In this document: one piece after another, positions 63,520-64,000 of the stretch
Layout: every line of letters starts with the position of its first letter
Numbering within the stretch: position 1 is the stretch's first letter
NCBI RefSeq assembly: GCF_006345805.1
Contig: NC_043009.1
Span: 62,124,001-62,188,000 of the forward strand
Reading direction: 5' to 3'
From: Octopus sinensis
Taxonomy: Eukaryota
DNA: 64,000 bases
Notes under the pieces: generated by a model
Seen by the model: the letters and a program-made list of their open reading frames with translations, nothing else
What the model was told of the DNA's origin: nothing
Databases searched by the model: none
Program-made: the position numbers and the translations under genes

Positions 63520-64000
63520 TGAGGACAGATGGAAGTTATCGACCTTGGTAGACAGTCCATCTAGGAGAAGGAAAACTCTGACTCTGAACTTCTGATGCCT
63601 TGCAGTAATACCCAGTCATGGGAAGGCTTCAAGCGTAACTCTCGAGGGAAAATCCGGAGTTGGAGCCCATAAGGCAGTTCATCGTTGATTACAACTTCGT
63701 CCTGGCAGCTCCCGTAAGAGGGCTTCTGTCAAACTGTGACAACCCTACTGTTCCTTTGGACCCAGCAGTGTTGTGAAGAGAGGGAATATGCTGCATAGGT
63801 ATCATTCTGTCTCCCTCAACACATCACCTAGGCTTGTATTCGACCACCACTATACATTACTCATCAACACATCCGCACTATCCACCCGGAGAGGACAATC
63901 CAGCTACGCCTACAACACGGGAAGTAGCAGTTAGCGGGGATAAGCCTTCAATCAATGACGTAAAGCAAGGCACCAGATGTTGTTCCTGAGAGTGGGAGAG
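63520..64000 (+). mobile_element. Probable RTE-clade LINE 5' region
   Basis: ccatctaggagaaggaaaactctga resembles RTE 5' UTR sequence; the window ends in FLRVGE, like the LRVGT start of RTE AP-endonucleases. Confidence 0.45.

Overview
Eukaryotic, AT-rich, repeat-dominated 64 kb window. The repeat landscape (tRNA-derived SINEs plus very dense (TA)n/(AAT)n/(CA)n microsatellites) suggests a coleoid cephalopod such as Octopus; this is inference from recall, not a database result. Two probable host coding regions are visible: an uninterrupted ORF with six matrin/U1-type C2H2 zinc fingers (1051-2226, +) and an 818-bp terminal exon whose product resembles an aerolysin/ETX-MTX2 beta-pore-forming domain (61360-60543, -). 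The rest is transposon-derived: R4/Dong-type REL-endonuclease LINE fragments beside (AAT)n tracts, Penelope-like (GIY-YIG) fragments, Tc1/mariner transposons (one full-length DD37D), a Helitron relic with two non-autonomous Helitrons, CR1, Tx1-like and RTE-like LINE pieces, several SINE families and MITEs. The most striking non-coding signal is a set of about 15 type I hammerhead-ribozyme motifs from at least 8 unrelated sequence families. Almost all sit in short elements embedded in (TA)n tracts, several as near-perfect palindromes, and they include canonical C3-G8 plus apparent compensatory G3-C8 and U3-A8 cores. All folds were read by eye. Homopolymer indels suggest some defects could be long-read assembly errors.
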